From Arcobacteraceae bacterium (GTDB lineage Bacteria > Campylobacterota > Campylobacteria > Campylobacterales > Arcobacteraceae), in assembly GCA_963662945.1 (NCBI GenBank), contig OY759974.1, forward strand, positions 1,184,001-1,248,000: DNA of 64,000 bases, in the 5' to 3' direction. Of this stretch, positions 29,379-39,142 are shown one piece after another. A program made the position numbers and the translations under genes. The notes beneath the pieces were generated by a model. It was not told where the DNA came from and did no database searches. It saw nothing but the letters and a program-made list of their open reading frames with translations. Within the stretch, counting starts at the first letter, position 1; each line of letters begins with the position of its first letter.

Positions 29379-30770
29379 CTAGTTAAATTTCTTTGTTTGT
29401 GCATCTGACACTAGGTCATTTGCCATTTTACTTACATCTTGTGCTATTGATGCAACTGAGTTTGCTTCACTTGCATTCTCTTGTGTTACTCTATCTAGCA
29501 TAGTCACTGCATCATTGATTTGTTCTATTCCTGTCATTTGTTCTTTACTTGCACGACTAACATCTTCGATTAGTTCTATTGTTTGATTAAAGTTCTCATT
29601 GAGTGATTCATATCCTTTTATCATATCATCACTTACTTTTTTACCTTCATTTGCTTTACTTGCTGCATTCTCTACTAATGTTTTTATTTCATTTGCTGCA
29701 TCTGCACTTCTTGAAGCTAGGTTTCTTACTTCTTGAGCAACTACTGCAAATCCTTTTCCAGCTTCACCTGCTGTTGCTGCTTCTACTGCTGCATTAAGTG
29801 AGAGAATATTTGTTTGGAATGCTATTTGATCTATTACAGTAATAGCTTCATTAATTGCTGTTACTTGAGAGTTTATTTCATCCATTGAAGAAGATGTTTT
29901 ACTAGCTAATGTCATACCATTAGAAACTTCTGTTTTTACACGGCTTCCTAATTCTGACATTTTAGAGGCATTATTTGCATTATTTCTTGTAATACTTGTT
30001 ATCTCTTCTACTGCTGCTGCTGTTTCTTCCAAGCTAGCTGCTTGTTGATTTGCTTTATTTGCTAGGTTTGTTACACTTGTTGTCATTGTACTTGAGTTTG
30101 TTTGTAGGTGTTCCCCATTTGACAAGTTCTGTTTTGCGCTATTTGCTAGGGAGTTCCCTAGGGTGTTTACTGATTCTAATACTATTTTCATATCGGCTTT
30201 TATTTTTTCTGGGATTGCAATTGACTTAGTAAAATCATTATTAGAATAAGAACTTAATACCTTTGAAAGTTCACTCATAATAGCTTCTAACTCATCCAAC
30301 ATCTTATTTACATTAATAGTTAATGTAGCAATCATCGGATTGTTTGATTGAGCTTTTGATCTACAGTTGAAAATACCTTGTTCTACTTTATCAGTAATAA
30401 GAACTATCTCTCCCATAACTCGCATATCATTTTGGAGATTTGTTTGAAATAAATCTATCGCATTGTTTATTTTAGAAATAATCAATCCAATTTCATCATT
30501 TTTTATATCAGTATGCTTCTCAATCTTATTTTGTTTTAAAGAGATAAAATCTAAAAATTCATTAAAGTATTTATCAAATTTAGCAATACCTTCTGTTGTA
30601 TTTTTCATTATTATATAACTAGATAATGCAACTGTTCCACCACAAATAACAATTAAAAAAATAACGATATCTGTTTTGCCAAAATAGCCAGCCATTCCAA
30701 CTGTTATCATACCCAATACGGAAAGCACCATATTAAAAAAAATACTTTGCTTTGTTGACATATTCCCCAT
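29379..30770 (-). CDS. Methyl-accepting chemotaxis protein without periplasmic sensor domain (CetA-like)
   Basis: Two closely spaced N-terminal TMs, HAMP-like NDEIG, signalling hairpin [30 protein letters not shown]. Confidence 0.9.
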   Translation of the reverse strand: MGNMSTKQSIFFNMVLSVLGMITVGMAGYFGKTDIVIFLIVICGGTVALSSYIIMKNTTEGIAKFDKYFNEFLDFISLKQNKIEKHTDIKNDEIGLIISKINNAIDLFQTNLQNDMRVMGEIVLITDKVEQGIFNCRSKAQSNNPMIATLTINVNKMLDELEAIMSELSKVLSSYSNNDFTKSIAIPEKIKADMKIVLESVNTLGNSLANSAKQNLSNGEHLQTNSSTMTTSVTNLANKANQQAASLEETAAAVEEITSITRNNANNASKMSELGSRVKTEVSNGMTLASKTSSSMDEINSQVTAINEAITVIDQIAFQTNILSLNAAVEAATAGEAGKGFAVVAQEVRNLASRSADAANEIKTLVENAASKANEGKKVSDDMIKGYESLNENFNQTIELIEDVSRASKEQMTGIEQINDAVTMLDRVTQENASEANSVASIAQDVSKMANDLVSDAQTKKFN

Positions 30771-30849
30771 TCTACTTTACCCTTGTTTTTATTTAAATTT
30801 TACAATAAGGAAGCTAAAATAAAGATTTTAATTATTATAAAATAATTAA

Positions 30850-32586
30850 TTAACTCATAAAACCAACTGTTTTATCTTTATCAAATTGTCCTTTTTCTTC
30901 TTTATGTATCTCTTCAAGAAAATCTTCAACTCTAAAAATAGCTTCATCATCTATCGCTAACTTATAAGCAGTATTTTTTATGACTAACTCTATTTGTCCA
31001 CCAGTAAGTGACGATTTTGCTAGTTTTTCAATATTAAAATTTTTCTCTAGAGGTAACTCAGAAGGAAGTAGTTTTTCCCAAAGAGTTTTTCGTTGTTCTA
31101 AATTTGGTTTTAAAAATTCTATTTTATAATTAAATCTTCTTGAAAATGCTTTATCTATACTATCTAATAAGTTTGTAGTTGCAACAAGTATTCCTTCGAA
31201 TCTTTCTATTTGTTCTAAAAAGATATTTTGCATTTGATTGTGCATTTTATCACTACCACTTATTTGTCCACTAACACGATTACTTAAAAACTGATCTGCT
31301 TCATTTAATAAAAGTACGGGTTCTGTTTTTGTTTTTGTACATAATTCTTTATATTCATCAAATATTTTTCGTACATTTTTTTCACTCTCCCCTACATACA
31401 TAGATAAAATCTTACTACAATCAAAACTTAAAACTTGTTTTTTTAATGATTTTGCTAAAGCTAATGCCGTTACAGTTTTTCCTGTTCCTGCTGCCCCATA
31501 GAAAATAATTCTAGCATCTATCCCTTTTTTCTTATCTTTTATTCCCCACTTTTTAAGTCTATCAACCACATCTTTATCAACTTGTCGTAAAAGTAAATCT
31601 AGAGTTTTTTTTGTTTTATCATTCAACACTATATCTTCTAAAGATTTTTTAGGTTCAATAAGTTCAAACATCTCTTGTTCTTGTATCAGCATATCAAGTT
31701 TAATTTTTTGTTGCCTTTTCTCTTTTTTAACAGGGTGTGATATTTTATATAAAATAGATTCTGGGATATAAAAATTTCTATTTATTCCTCCAAAAGGGGT
31801 TAACATTTCATCATAATCTATCAGACCATTTGAGATAAGATTTCCGCTCTCTTCTAGCAAACTTCTATGTTTTATTTTTTCATAATCATCACTAGAAACT
31901 AAAGCTATCAAAGAATTCATATCTCTAATTGATTCATCACTTCCTCCGTATTCTTCTTTTAAAAGTGCTAAAAAAATCATTTGTTCTTTTTCTTCTAAAG
32001 CATGTTGTTTAAAAAAATCTTCCAGCATAATACTATTTTTTGTTGTTTCTACTCTCTCTTTTATTCTATTTTCTAAAAGCGATAGTTTGCTTCTTAATCT
32101 ATTTGCATTTGGTGAGTTTTCATCAAAATTATGTTTTACTATATTCAATTTTTGCGCTAAATCAATCTTAAAAAACTGATCTTGTAAATATTCAAGATGA
32201 TCACTATATTCTTTTATTTCTGGGAGCGTTAATTCTAAAGAACCAACTTCAAGAAGTTTTAAAAATGAACTACTTAAACTTACAGCTGTATTGATAAGTT
32301 CTAATTGTGAAAGCTCACTTATCTTTGTAGTGATAAAATTACTTTGTGTAATCCAACCTAACTCCAGCAAGTTTTTAATCAAATAAATATGTTCTATATG
32401 TTCTAATTTCTTTATATCATAAAATTCACCCAAAATATCTACCACAAGAAGATTGTCATTTCCTATAATATACTGTCGTGTAAGATATTGTAATACTCTC
32501 ACTTCATCTTCATTACATTTTAAATGTGCATATATATCTAATTTACTTATATCTTGTGATTCCACAAATAATTTAACATTTTTCAA
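30850..32586 (-). CDS. AAA+ ATPase
   Basis: Walker A GAAGTGKT, SMYVGESEKN, Walker B variant LLLNEAD, TTN..D.AFSRRF. Confidence 0.88.
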   Translation of the reverse strand: MKNVKLFVESQDISKLDIYAHLKCNEDEVRVLQYLTRQYIIGNDNLLVVDILGEFYDIKKLEHIEHIYLIKNLLELGWITQSNFITTKISELSQLELINTAVSLSSSFLKLLEVGSLELTLPEIKEYSDHLEYLQDQFFKIDLAQKLNIVKHNFDENSPNANRLRSKLSLLENRIKERVETTKNSIMLEDFFKQHALEEKEQMIFLALLKEEYGGSDESIRDMNSLIALVSSDDYEKIKHRSLLEESGNLISNGLIDYDEMLTPFGGINRNFYIPESILYKISHPVKKEKRQQKIKLDMLIQEQEMFELIEPKKSLEDIVLNDKTKKTLDLLLRQVDKDVVDRLKKWGIKDKKKGIDARIIFYGAAGTGKTVTALALAKSLKKQVLSFDCSKILSMYVGESEKNVRKIFDEYKELCTKTKTEPVLLLNEADQFLSNRVSGQISGSDKMHNQMQNIFLEQIERFEGILVATTNLLDSIDKAFSRRFNYKIEFLKPNLEQRKTLWEKLLPSELPLEKNFNIEKLAKSSLTGGQIELVIKNTAYKLAIDDEAIFRVEDFLEEIHKEEKGQFDKDKTVGFMS

Positions 32587-33410
32587 TTTATTTCTCTCTT
32601 TTCAAACCAGTTTTTTGTTTGTTCTATATCTTTTAAAATTTGTTCTTTTAACTCTTCATATTCTTCAAATTTTTTATTATCTCGCAATTTTTCAAAAAAT
32701 CTTATCTCTATAATTTTAGGAACTTCTAATAAAGAAATATCTTCTAAAATATGTGTTTCTACAGCAAATTTACCATCTGTTGATACCCTATGTCCAATAA
32801 ATGAAACCGATTCATAGGTTTTTTCATATAAAACCGTTTGAGTAACATAAATACCCTCTTTTGGTATCAAAAAATCTTCTACATCAATATTAATCGTTGG
32901 AACAAATTGTTTTGAACCTAACCCTTGACCAGCAATACGATGCCCTTGCAAACTATAATTATAACCTAAAAGTTGATTTGCAATTAGCATATTTCCATCT
33001 CGTAAATATTCTCTAATTACTCTTGAATGTATTGCTATATTTGATACTTTATATTCATCTACGACAACCACTTCTCCATGAAACATCTCTTTTAAATTTT
33101 CTATACCACATTTTGCCATATGACCAAAATGAAAGTCATACCCTACAACTATTTTTTTTAAATTAGGAAATTCTTCATAAAGAAGATGAATAAACTCCTC
33201 ACCACTTAAATGTTTAATATTTTCTAGTTCATAATAAAAAAGAGGATAAGAAGTATGCTTTGCTCTATTAGTACTAGGAGATAAATTAGCATATTGGGTA
33301 GATATCACTACAATCGCACCATTTTTATCAAGCTTTGAAAAAAGTTGCTGATGTGCTAAATGCATACCATCAAATCCACCTATTGCGATACTTGTAATTT
33401 GATTTTTTAT
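32583..33410 (-). CDS. ribF: Bifunctional riboflavin kinase / FAD synthetase (predicted AUA start)
   Basis: Extending upstream of ATG 33365 restores IAIGGFDGMHLAHQ. Also VVGYDFHFG, G.GLG...VPTIN, VETHIL, LRDNKKF. Confidence 0.9.
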   Translation of the reverse strand: MKNQITSIAIGGFDGMHLAHQQLFSKLDKNGAIVVISTQYANLSPSTNRAKHTSYPLFYYELENIKHLSGEEFIHLLYEEFPNLKKIVVGYDFHFGHMAKCGIENLKEMFHGEVVVVDEYKVSNIAIHSRVIREYLRDGNMLIANQLLGYNYSLQGHRIAGQGLGSKQFVPTINIDVEDFLIPKEGIYVTQTVLYEKTYESVSFIGHRVSTDGKFAVETHILEDISLLEVPKIIEIRFFEKLRDNKKFEEYEELKEQILKDIEQTKNWFEKREIN

Positions 33411-33445
33411 AGAAATTCCTTTTAAAATCTGAGTTAAAAATTTAA

Positions 33446-33462
33446 TTAGGTATAATACCTAA
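33446..33462. promoter_or_regulatory. Palindromic bidirectional promoter core between ribF and rlmH
   Basis: TTAGGTA-TAA-TACCTAA contains TATAAT on + (33451-33456) and TATTAT on - (33452-33457). Confidence 0.55.
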
Positions 33463-33482
33463 AAATCATTAAGGAACTTATT

Positions 33483-33947
33483 ATTAACTGTAAAATAAAT
33501 ATATATCAAATTGTCAAAAAATCTAATGATGATTTTGAGCCAATTATTAATGAATTTATCAAAATGTCTAGTCGATTTGCCAAGATAGAAGTACATAGTT
33601 TATTCAATAAACAAATCTCAAAAGCACAAACCATTGGTGAAACAGAATCACAAAAAGCATACAATGAATTGTATATTCCAAAACTCTCTAGTGGATATAA
33701 TATTGCTTTAGATGTATTAGGAAAACAAATAGATAGTTTTGAATTTAGTACTCTTTTGGAAGATAAAACCACTATCAATTTTTTCATAGGTGGAGCATAT
33801 GGTTTTGACCGTGATTTTTTAAAAAAATGCGATAAAACCTTATCCTTAAGTCAACTAACAATGGCTCATAAAGTTGCTAACTTAGTTTTATGTGAACAAG
33901 TATTTAGATCACTTTGTATTCTCAACAATCATCCTTATCATAAATAA
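33483..33947 (+). CDS. rlmH: 23S rRNA pseudouridine1915 N3-methyltransferase RlmH (predicted AUU start)
   Basis: IALDVLG..DS, FFIGGAYG, LSLSQLTMAH, EQVFR, HPYHK. N-terminal KINIYQI lies upstream of the first ATG. Confidence 0.9.
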   Translation: MNCKINIYQIVKKSNDDFEPIINEFIKMSSRFAKIEVHSLFNKQISKAQTIGETESQKAYNELYIPKLSSGYNIALDVLGKQIDSFEFSTLLEDKTTINFFIGGAYGFDRDFLKKCDKTLSLSQLTMAHKVANLVLCEQVFRSLCILNNHPYHK

Positions 33948-34002
33948 TTTTAGGATAATTTAGTAAAGTTTTAGTATAATCCCACAACATTATAAAAATA
34001 GG

Positions 34003-34368
34003 ATGAGAAAAGTGGCTTCGCATAAACAAATTGAAGAATTAAAAGAGATGTTACTTCAAAGAAAGAACATCATTCAAAGTAATATAGATGACAGTATGGA
34101 TAACATATCAAAACTACATGATTGTGATTGTAAAGATGATCTAGATTTTGCAGAAGCAAGTAGTGATAGCTTTACTTCTGGTATAATAATAAATCAACAA
34201 AAACAAGAGCTTAAAGAGATTAATGAAGCTTTAAAAAATATTGAGAATAATACTTATGGTATTTGTGAGATGTGTGACGAGATGATTTCTATAGGAAGAC
34301 TAAAAGCAAAACCTTTCGCAAAATTTTGTACAGATTGTAGAGAGATACACGAAAACAACAATCAATAA
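34003..34368 (+). CDS. dksA: RNA polymerase-binding factor DksA
   Basis: DDLDFA tip motif, YGICEMC..RL.AKP.A..CTDC zinc finger. Confidence 0.9.
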   Translation: MRKVASHKQIEELKEMLLQRKNIIQSNIDDSMDNISKLHDCDCKDDLDFAEASSDSFTSGIIINQQKQELKEINEALKNIENNTYGICEMCDEMISIGRLKAKPFAKFCTDCREIHENNNQ

Positions 34369-34385
34369 CATAAAAAGGGGATACA

Positions 34386-35405
34386 ATGGGATTAAAAAAA
34401 TATATATTAGGTTCAGTTATTTTAGTATTAGCAGTTTTTGCTTATACTTTTAGTATAGAATCAGGTGATTATAGAGTTGAATTATTTGACTATGTTTTAA
34501 TCCTCCCAATAGCTGCTTGGATCGTTATTCCAACATTAGTATTATTTGTTCTTTCAGTATTACATATACTTTTTTATGGTGCTAAAAACTATTTTACTAT
34601 CAAAGCTATAACAAAAGATACAGAATCCCTTACAGCCCTTATCAATAAAAAACTTTTAAATGAACCTACGAAATTAAACTTTCAAAATCAAAACTTTAAA
34701 GAAATTGGTTCTATTGTAGAACAACTTGATATTGATATTACAAATAGTAATTTTAGTTGTGAAAATAAAGATATAAATAAAACTGTAGATCAAATTTTTA
34801 ATATTAAATCAGGAAAATATATCTCTACAAAAGAGCTTAAACTAGATAATCACAATCCTTTAATGATAGAGAATTTTAAAAATAGAATTGAACAAGATGT
34901 TGAATTTGCCCTTGAAGTAGTTCAAAAATCAGGAAATTATCCACAAGCTATTTTAAAACCTGCATTTTTAAAAGTATTAGCAAATAAAAGTATGACAACA
35001 ATTAAAAAACTTTTAGAAAGTGTTAGTTTTGATGAAGAGATGGTTATCGCACTTCTTAAAAAGGATGGTGAACAAGATAACCAATTTGCTATGACTAATG
35101 AACAAATCCTTAATATTATTAAAAAAGTAAAATTATCAAATACGCAACTAATCCAAATAGCAAAAAATTATAAAGTTTTAATGTCTCCAGACCAAATTAT
35201 TAAACTTTATGAAGATTTAACTGTAGAAAATGAAGAGTACACATTTGCATACCTTTATATCTTAGCAGAATATGAAATGGTTGATAAAATGAGAGATATC
35301 TTAGATAATAGTTCTCCAACAGAATTTATACCTTTTAAAGCTTTAGTTGATTTAAAAGATAGTGGGAAGAACACTTATTCTTTAGATTCTATTTGTTACA
35401 AATAA
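34386..35405 (+). CDS. Conserved membrane protein (2 N-terminal TMs, helical C-terminus)
   Basis: 339-aa ORF between dksA and dusB, as in the Campylobacterota rlmH-dksA-X-dus cluster. Confidence 0.65.
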   Translation: MGLKKYILGSVILVLAVFAYTFSIESGDYRVELFDYVLILPIAAWIVIPTLVLFVLSVLHILFYGAKNYFTIKAITKDTESLTALINKKLLNEPTKLNFQNQNFKEIGSIVEQLDIDITNSNFSCENKDINKTVDQIFNIKSGKYISTKELKLDNHNPLMIENFKNRIEQDVEFALEVVQKSGNYPQAILKPAFLKVLANKSMTTIKKLLESVSFDEEMVIALLKKDGEQDNQFAMTNEQILNIIKKVKLSNTQLIQIAKNYKVLMSPDQIIKLYEDLTVENEEYTFAYLYILAEYEMVDKMRDILDNSSPTEFIPFKALVDLKDSGKNTYSLDSICYK

Positions 35406-35421
35406 ACTCTCATCCTCAAAT

Positions 35422-36357
35422 ATGGATAACAAACTTATAGACTTCTCAAAACCTGTAATAGCATTGGCACCGCTTGCAGGTTACACTGATTTACCTTTTC
35501 GATCTGTTGTAAAAAACTTTGGTGTTGATTATACTGTTAGTGAAATGATAAGCTCTAATGCACTTGCATACAACAGTGAAAAAACATACAAAATGATTAC
35601 AAAATCTAGTAATGAAGACCCTTATTTTGTGCAACTTGCAGGTAGCAAACCAGATATTATGCAAATTGCAGTTGAAAAACTCAATGAAATAGAAGGTATT
35701 GCTGGTATCGATTTAAATTGTGGTTGCCCTGCACCAAAAGTATTTAATCATGGAAGTGGTTCAAATCTTTTAGGCGATCTTCCAAGATTACAACTTATGT
35801 TAAAAACTATTAAAAAGTATTCGAATAAACAATACACAACAGCAAAAATAAGAATAGGTGTCGATGAAAAGATACCTGTAGATATAGCACGTGCTGTTGA
35901 AGATTGTGGTGTAGATTTTATTGCTGTTCATGGAAGAACAAAAAAAGGAGCCTATAAAGCACCTGTTGATTATGATGCAATTGCTGCTATAAAAGAGGCT
36001 GTAAAAATACCTGTGATTGCCAATGGAGATATTACAGATTTAGCAAAAGCACAATATGTTCTAAATCATACAAAAGCTGATGGGATCATGATTGGACGAG
36101 GTGCCGTTGGAAAACCTTGGATATTTCATCAAATAGCTTCTAATAATGAACTTATCTCAAATGAACTTAAAAAAGAAATTATTCTAGAACATTTTCATAA
36201 AATGATTGAACATTATCACGAATATGGTGTTGTGATGTTCCGAAAACATCTTCATACTTATTCAAAAGGTTATGATGGTGCGAATAACTTTAGAGAAACG
36301 ATTAATAAAATTACATCTAGTGAAGAGATGCAAAAAGTTATAAAAGAGTTTTTTTAA
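35422..36357 (+). CDS. dusB: tRNA-dihydrouridine synthase (DusB-like)
   Basis: LAPLAGYTD..FR, SEMIS, DLNCGCP, HGRT, ANGDI, MIGRGAVGKPW, RKH. Confidence 0.88.
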   Translation: MDNKLIDFSKPVIALAPLAGYTDLPFRSVVKNFGVDYTVSEMISSNALAYNSEKTYKMITKSSNEDPYFVQLAGSKPDIMQIAVEKLNEIEGIAGIDLNCGCPAPKVFNHGSGSNLLGDLPRLQLMLKTIKKYSNKQYTTAKIRIGVDEKIPVDIARAVEDCGVDFIAVHGRTKKGAYKAPVDYDAIAAIKEAVKIPVIANGDITDLAKAQYVLNHTKADGIMIGRGAVGKPWIFHQIASNNELISNELKKEIILEHFHKMIEHYHEYGVVMFRKHLHTYSKGYDGANNFRETINKITSSEEMQKVIKEFF

Positions 36358-36743
36358 TTTTTTTGTTCTAAATAAGATATCATAGCTTTTAATAGCTCTT
36401 CAATATCTAAAGGTTTTAAAATATATCGATATATTCCTATCTCATCAGCTCTTAAAAATGATTCATAATCAGCATCTGCTGTCATAAGTATTGATGGTGT
36501 TTCTTCTTTAATAGCTTTTATTTTTGCTACCATATCTAATCCATCCATATGAGACATTTTTAAATCAGTAATTACAAAATCAATATGTTGATTTGATTGA
36601 AATGTTTCTAATCCTTTTTCACCATTTTTACATACTAAAACTGTATTAAATACTTTTTTTAGTACTGGTTCAATTGAACTTACTATTAATTCATCATCTT
36701 CAACAAATAATATGTTTTTATCTTTTAATATATCTATATTCAA
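36354..36743 (-). CDS. Single-domain response regulator (receiver)
   Basis: LFVEDD, ITDLKM..MDG, MTA, YILKP. Confidence 0.88.
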   Translation of the reverse strand: MNIDILKDKNILFVEDDELIVSSIEPVLKKVFNTVLVCKNGEKGLETFQSNQHIDFVITDLKMSHMDGLDMVAKIKAIKEETPSILMTADADYESFLRADEIGIYRYILKPLDIEELLKAMISYLEQKN

Positions 36744-36753
36744 ATTTTTACCT

Positions 36754-36790
36754 AAAAAAAAGGCTAAGTGGCTTACACCACTTAGCCTTT
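36754..36790 (-). terminator. Intrinsic terminator after atpE
   Basis: AAAGGCTAAGTGG / CCACTTAGCCTTT 13-bp stem with U-tract on the minus strand. Confidence 0.85.
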
Positions 36791-36808
36791 CTTAATCACT
36801 AGATATGA

Positions 36809-37123
36809 TTACCCTAAAAATGGGTTAGCATATAATGCAATTAAAGCAATTACAAGTGTATAAATAACTTGTGCTTCGATCATCGCTAAAGCAATGAACA
36901 TAGTAGTCATAAGTTTTCCACCCATACCTGGATTTCTAGCTGTACCAGCAATAGTTGCAGCAGCAGTATTACCCATACCAACAGCTCCACCAAGAGCAGC
37001 AAGACCAAGACCAACACCAGCAGCAAGTACTGAGTAAGCTTTTAAAGTTTCGTTAGCAACATTTGCATCAGAAGCAAAAGCAGCAGTTGCAATAGCAACC
37101 ATTAAGAATAGAATTTTTTTCAT
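36809..37123 (-). CDS. atpE: F0F1 ATP synthase subunit c
   Basis: GLGLAALGGAVGMG, ARNP, AMIEAQVIY. N-terminal extension typical of Campylobacterota. Confidence 0.95.
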   Translation of the reverse strand: MKKILFLMVAIATAAFASDANVANETLKAYSVLAAGVGLGLAALGGAVGMGNTAAATIAGTARNPGMGGKLMTTMFIALAMIEAQVIYTLVIALIALYANPFLG

Positions 37124-37270
37124 CTATTTTTCCTTTTATAATATTTTATTGTACTAAAAGTCTGTTCGGCTAGCGTAACCATATCTAAATAAGATATAGC
37201 AATATAAACATAAATGCCCATATTTCCCTACTAAATACTCTTAAGTGGTGCAATTATATAGAAAACTTCA

Positions 37271-38152
37271 TTAAATTTCCAAATTATCTTCTAGGATATA
37301 CTCTAATTCTTTCATATAATTATCAAATTGAATGTTTTTTACAACTTGATAATTCTCTTTTTGTATTTTTTTTAGTTCCTCTTTATTTCCAAGCAGTGCA
37401 TCAACTTTAAAAGAGATACTTTTATCATTTTGACCTAAAATCAATGAAAATGAATCTATTATTTCCGATGCTGCATTTTCTCTGTTTACAAATACTGCAT
37501 TTTTAAAATACATTGCTTTTAAAACATTTGGTGCAAAAAGTTTTTGTTTTGTTGGAAGTATAAAAATATCTGCGGCAATAAAAAGTTCATCAGCATTTGA
37601 ATAGTTTTCTAAAATAATTGTTTTTTCATTTAATGTATAATGAGTTAATCTCTCTACTACTCTGTCTTTTATACCACTATTTACATCAATAAGAATTTTA
37701 AAATTCTTTCTTTCCAAATCATTGATTATTTCTAAAAATTTCTCAAATCCATTTGAAAACAAATCTTTTCCGGTAAAAAAGATTATTCTTTCCTCTTTTT
37801 CTATTTGGTATTTTTTCCGAAAATCTTTTTTGATTTGTTTGTCATATTCTTGTTTATGCGTTATATATGGGTATAAAACAAAAATCTTATTTTCATTTAT
37901 ATATGTTCTTTTTATAAATATTTGTTCTTTTAAAGCATTTGAATTTACAATCGTCACTTTAGAATGTTCTACCATATCCAAAGCTTTAGTACTCACTGAA
38001 CCTTGATGAAAATATATATCTGGATATTTTTTATCTTTAAGAAGAAGTTTTTCAAAAAAAGTTTGTTCTTGATAATATGTCACATCAAACTTTTGTTCTA
38101 ATTCTTTTGTTACTTTTGTTTTGGTATTAATTGCAATATGTAGTTTTTTCAT
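37271..38152 (-). CDS. GT-B/GT4-like glycosyltransferase, degenerate
   Basis: FRKKYQI..IIFFTG, ADIFILPT. The ExxxxxxxE motif reads KLFAPNVLK. Confidence 0.6.
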   Translation of the reverse strand: MKKLHIAINTKTKVTKELEQKFDVTYYQEQTFFEKLLLKDKKYPDIYFHQGSVSTKALDMVEHSKVTIVNSNALKEQIFIKRTYINENKIFVLYPYITHKQEYDKQIKKDFRKKYQIEKEERIIFFTGKDLFSNGFEKFLEIINDLERKNFKILIDVNSGIKDRVVERLTHYTLNEKTIILENYSNADELFIAADIFILPTKQKLFAPNVLKAMYFKNAVFVNRENAASEIIDSFSLILGQNDKSISFKVDALLGNKEELKKIQKENYQVVKNIQFDNYMKELEYILEDNLEI

Positions 38153-38186
38153 TTCGCAATTATACCAAATAAAGTGAAAATATAAA

Positions 38187-38573
38187 TTATGCTTTTAAAG
38201 CTTTTGCCCAATTCTCCATAACTTTATGTAATTCTTCTTTTGGAGCTTCTAAAAACTCTATTACAAACTTATCCTCAAATTCACATATTCCAATACTTCT
38301 AGGACGAGCTGCCAACATTTTTGTATTTGGTATAGCAGCACCAAAACAAAATACAACATTTTGAGCATCAATTAATCCATCCATAATCTCTCCACCTAAA
38401 TTTTTCGTATGTGTGTAGTGATCAAAAATAGCTATAAAAGTAGCTATTGGATGATTTTCTATTTTTTCTTTAAAATATGTAACTACTTCTTGTGTTGTTT
38501 TTTCATTCATTTCACTTTTTAATAACTCTAAGCTATATACTGGATATTTGTCCATAAATACTGTTTTTTTCAT
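38187..38573 (-). CDS. Conserved hypothetical protein
   Basis: 128 aa. FDHYTHT, VFCFG, RPRSIG motifs. Confidence 0.65.
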   Translation of the reverse strand: MKKTVFMDKYPVYSLELLKSEMNEKTTQEVVTYFKEKIENHPIATFIAIFDHYTHTKNLGGEIMDGLIDAQNVVFCFGAAIPNTKMLAARPRSIGICEFEDKFVIEFLEAPKEELHKVMENWAKALKA

Positions 38574-39140
38574 CTATTTTTCCTTTTCTTTATATGTTAT
38601 AAATGATTCTATAGCACACGCTAAAGCATTTTCTATATCTTTACCTTCATGATCCATAAAATCTATTTGTACTTGATATACTATTTTATTATTCTGATTT
38701 TTAAATTTCATAACTACATATCCACGAAATAACTTACAACTGTCTGTTTTTTTCTTTGGATCTTCTTTGTCATTTTCGTATACTTTATAGTCAACATACA
38801 CAATTTGATTTGCTTGTTTTATCTCTTTGCTGTCTTTTAAAATAATCGATGCTAGTTTTCTATCAAGTTGTTTCATATCTACAAAATCAAACAATGTTGA
38901 TTGCATAAAAGTAGCTTTATCAATGCCAGAGCTTATTTTATAATTTCCACTTAAAAGAAGTTCTTGTGCATTTTTGAGGTCATTTATTCCATAACTTCTC
39001 TCGAAGGTAGTTGCATGCTTATGACACTCTAATCTTTTTGCTTTCCCAGGTACTTTATCTTTTGTTATTTGAGTATATATACTATTCCCAAGAAGTCCAA
39101 CGATAACTAGTACAATGAAAGTAATAATATATTTTTTCAA
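38574..39140 (-). CDS. Hypothetical membrane-anchored protein
   Basis: TTG 39140 after AGGA. N-terminal TM, ENDKEDPKKK..CKLFRGY, QIDF. Confidence 0.6.
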   Translation of the reverse strand: MKKYIITFIVLVIVGLLGNSIYTQITKDKVPGKAKRLECHKHATTFERSYGINDLKNAQELLLSGNYKISSGIDKATFMQSTLFDFVDMKQLDRKLASIILKDSKEIKQANQIVYVDYKVYENDKEDPKKKTDSCKLFRGYVVMKFKNQNNKIVYQVQIDFMDHEGKDIENALACAIESFITYKEKEK

Positions 39141-39142
39141 TA

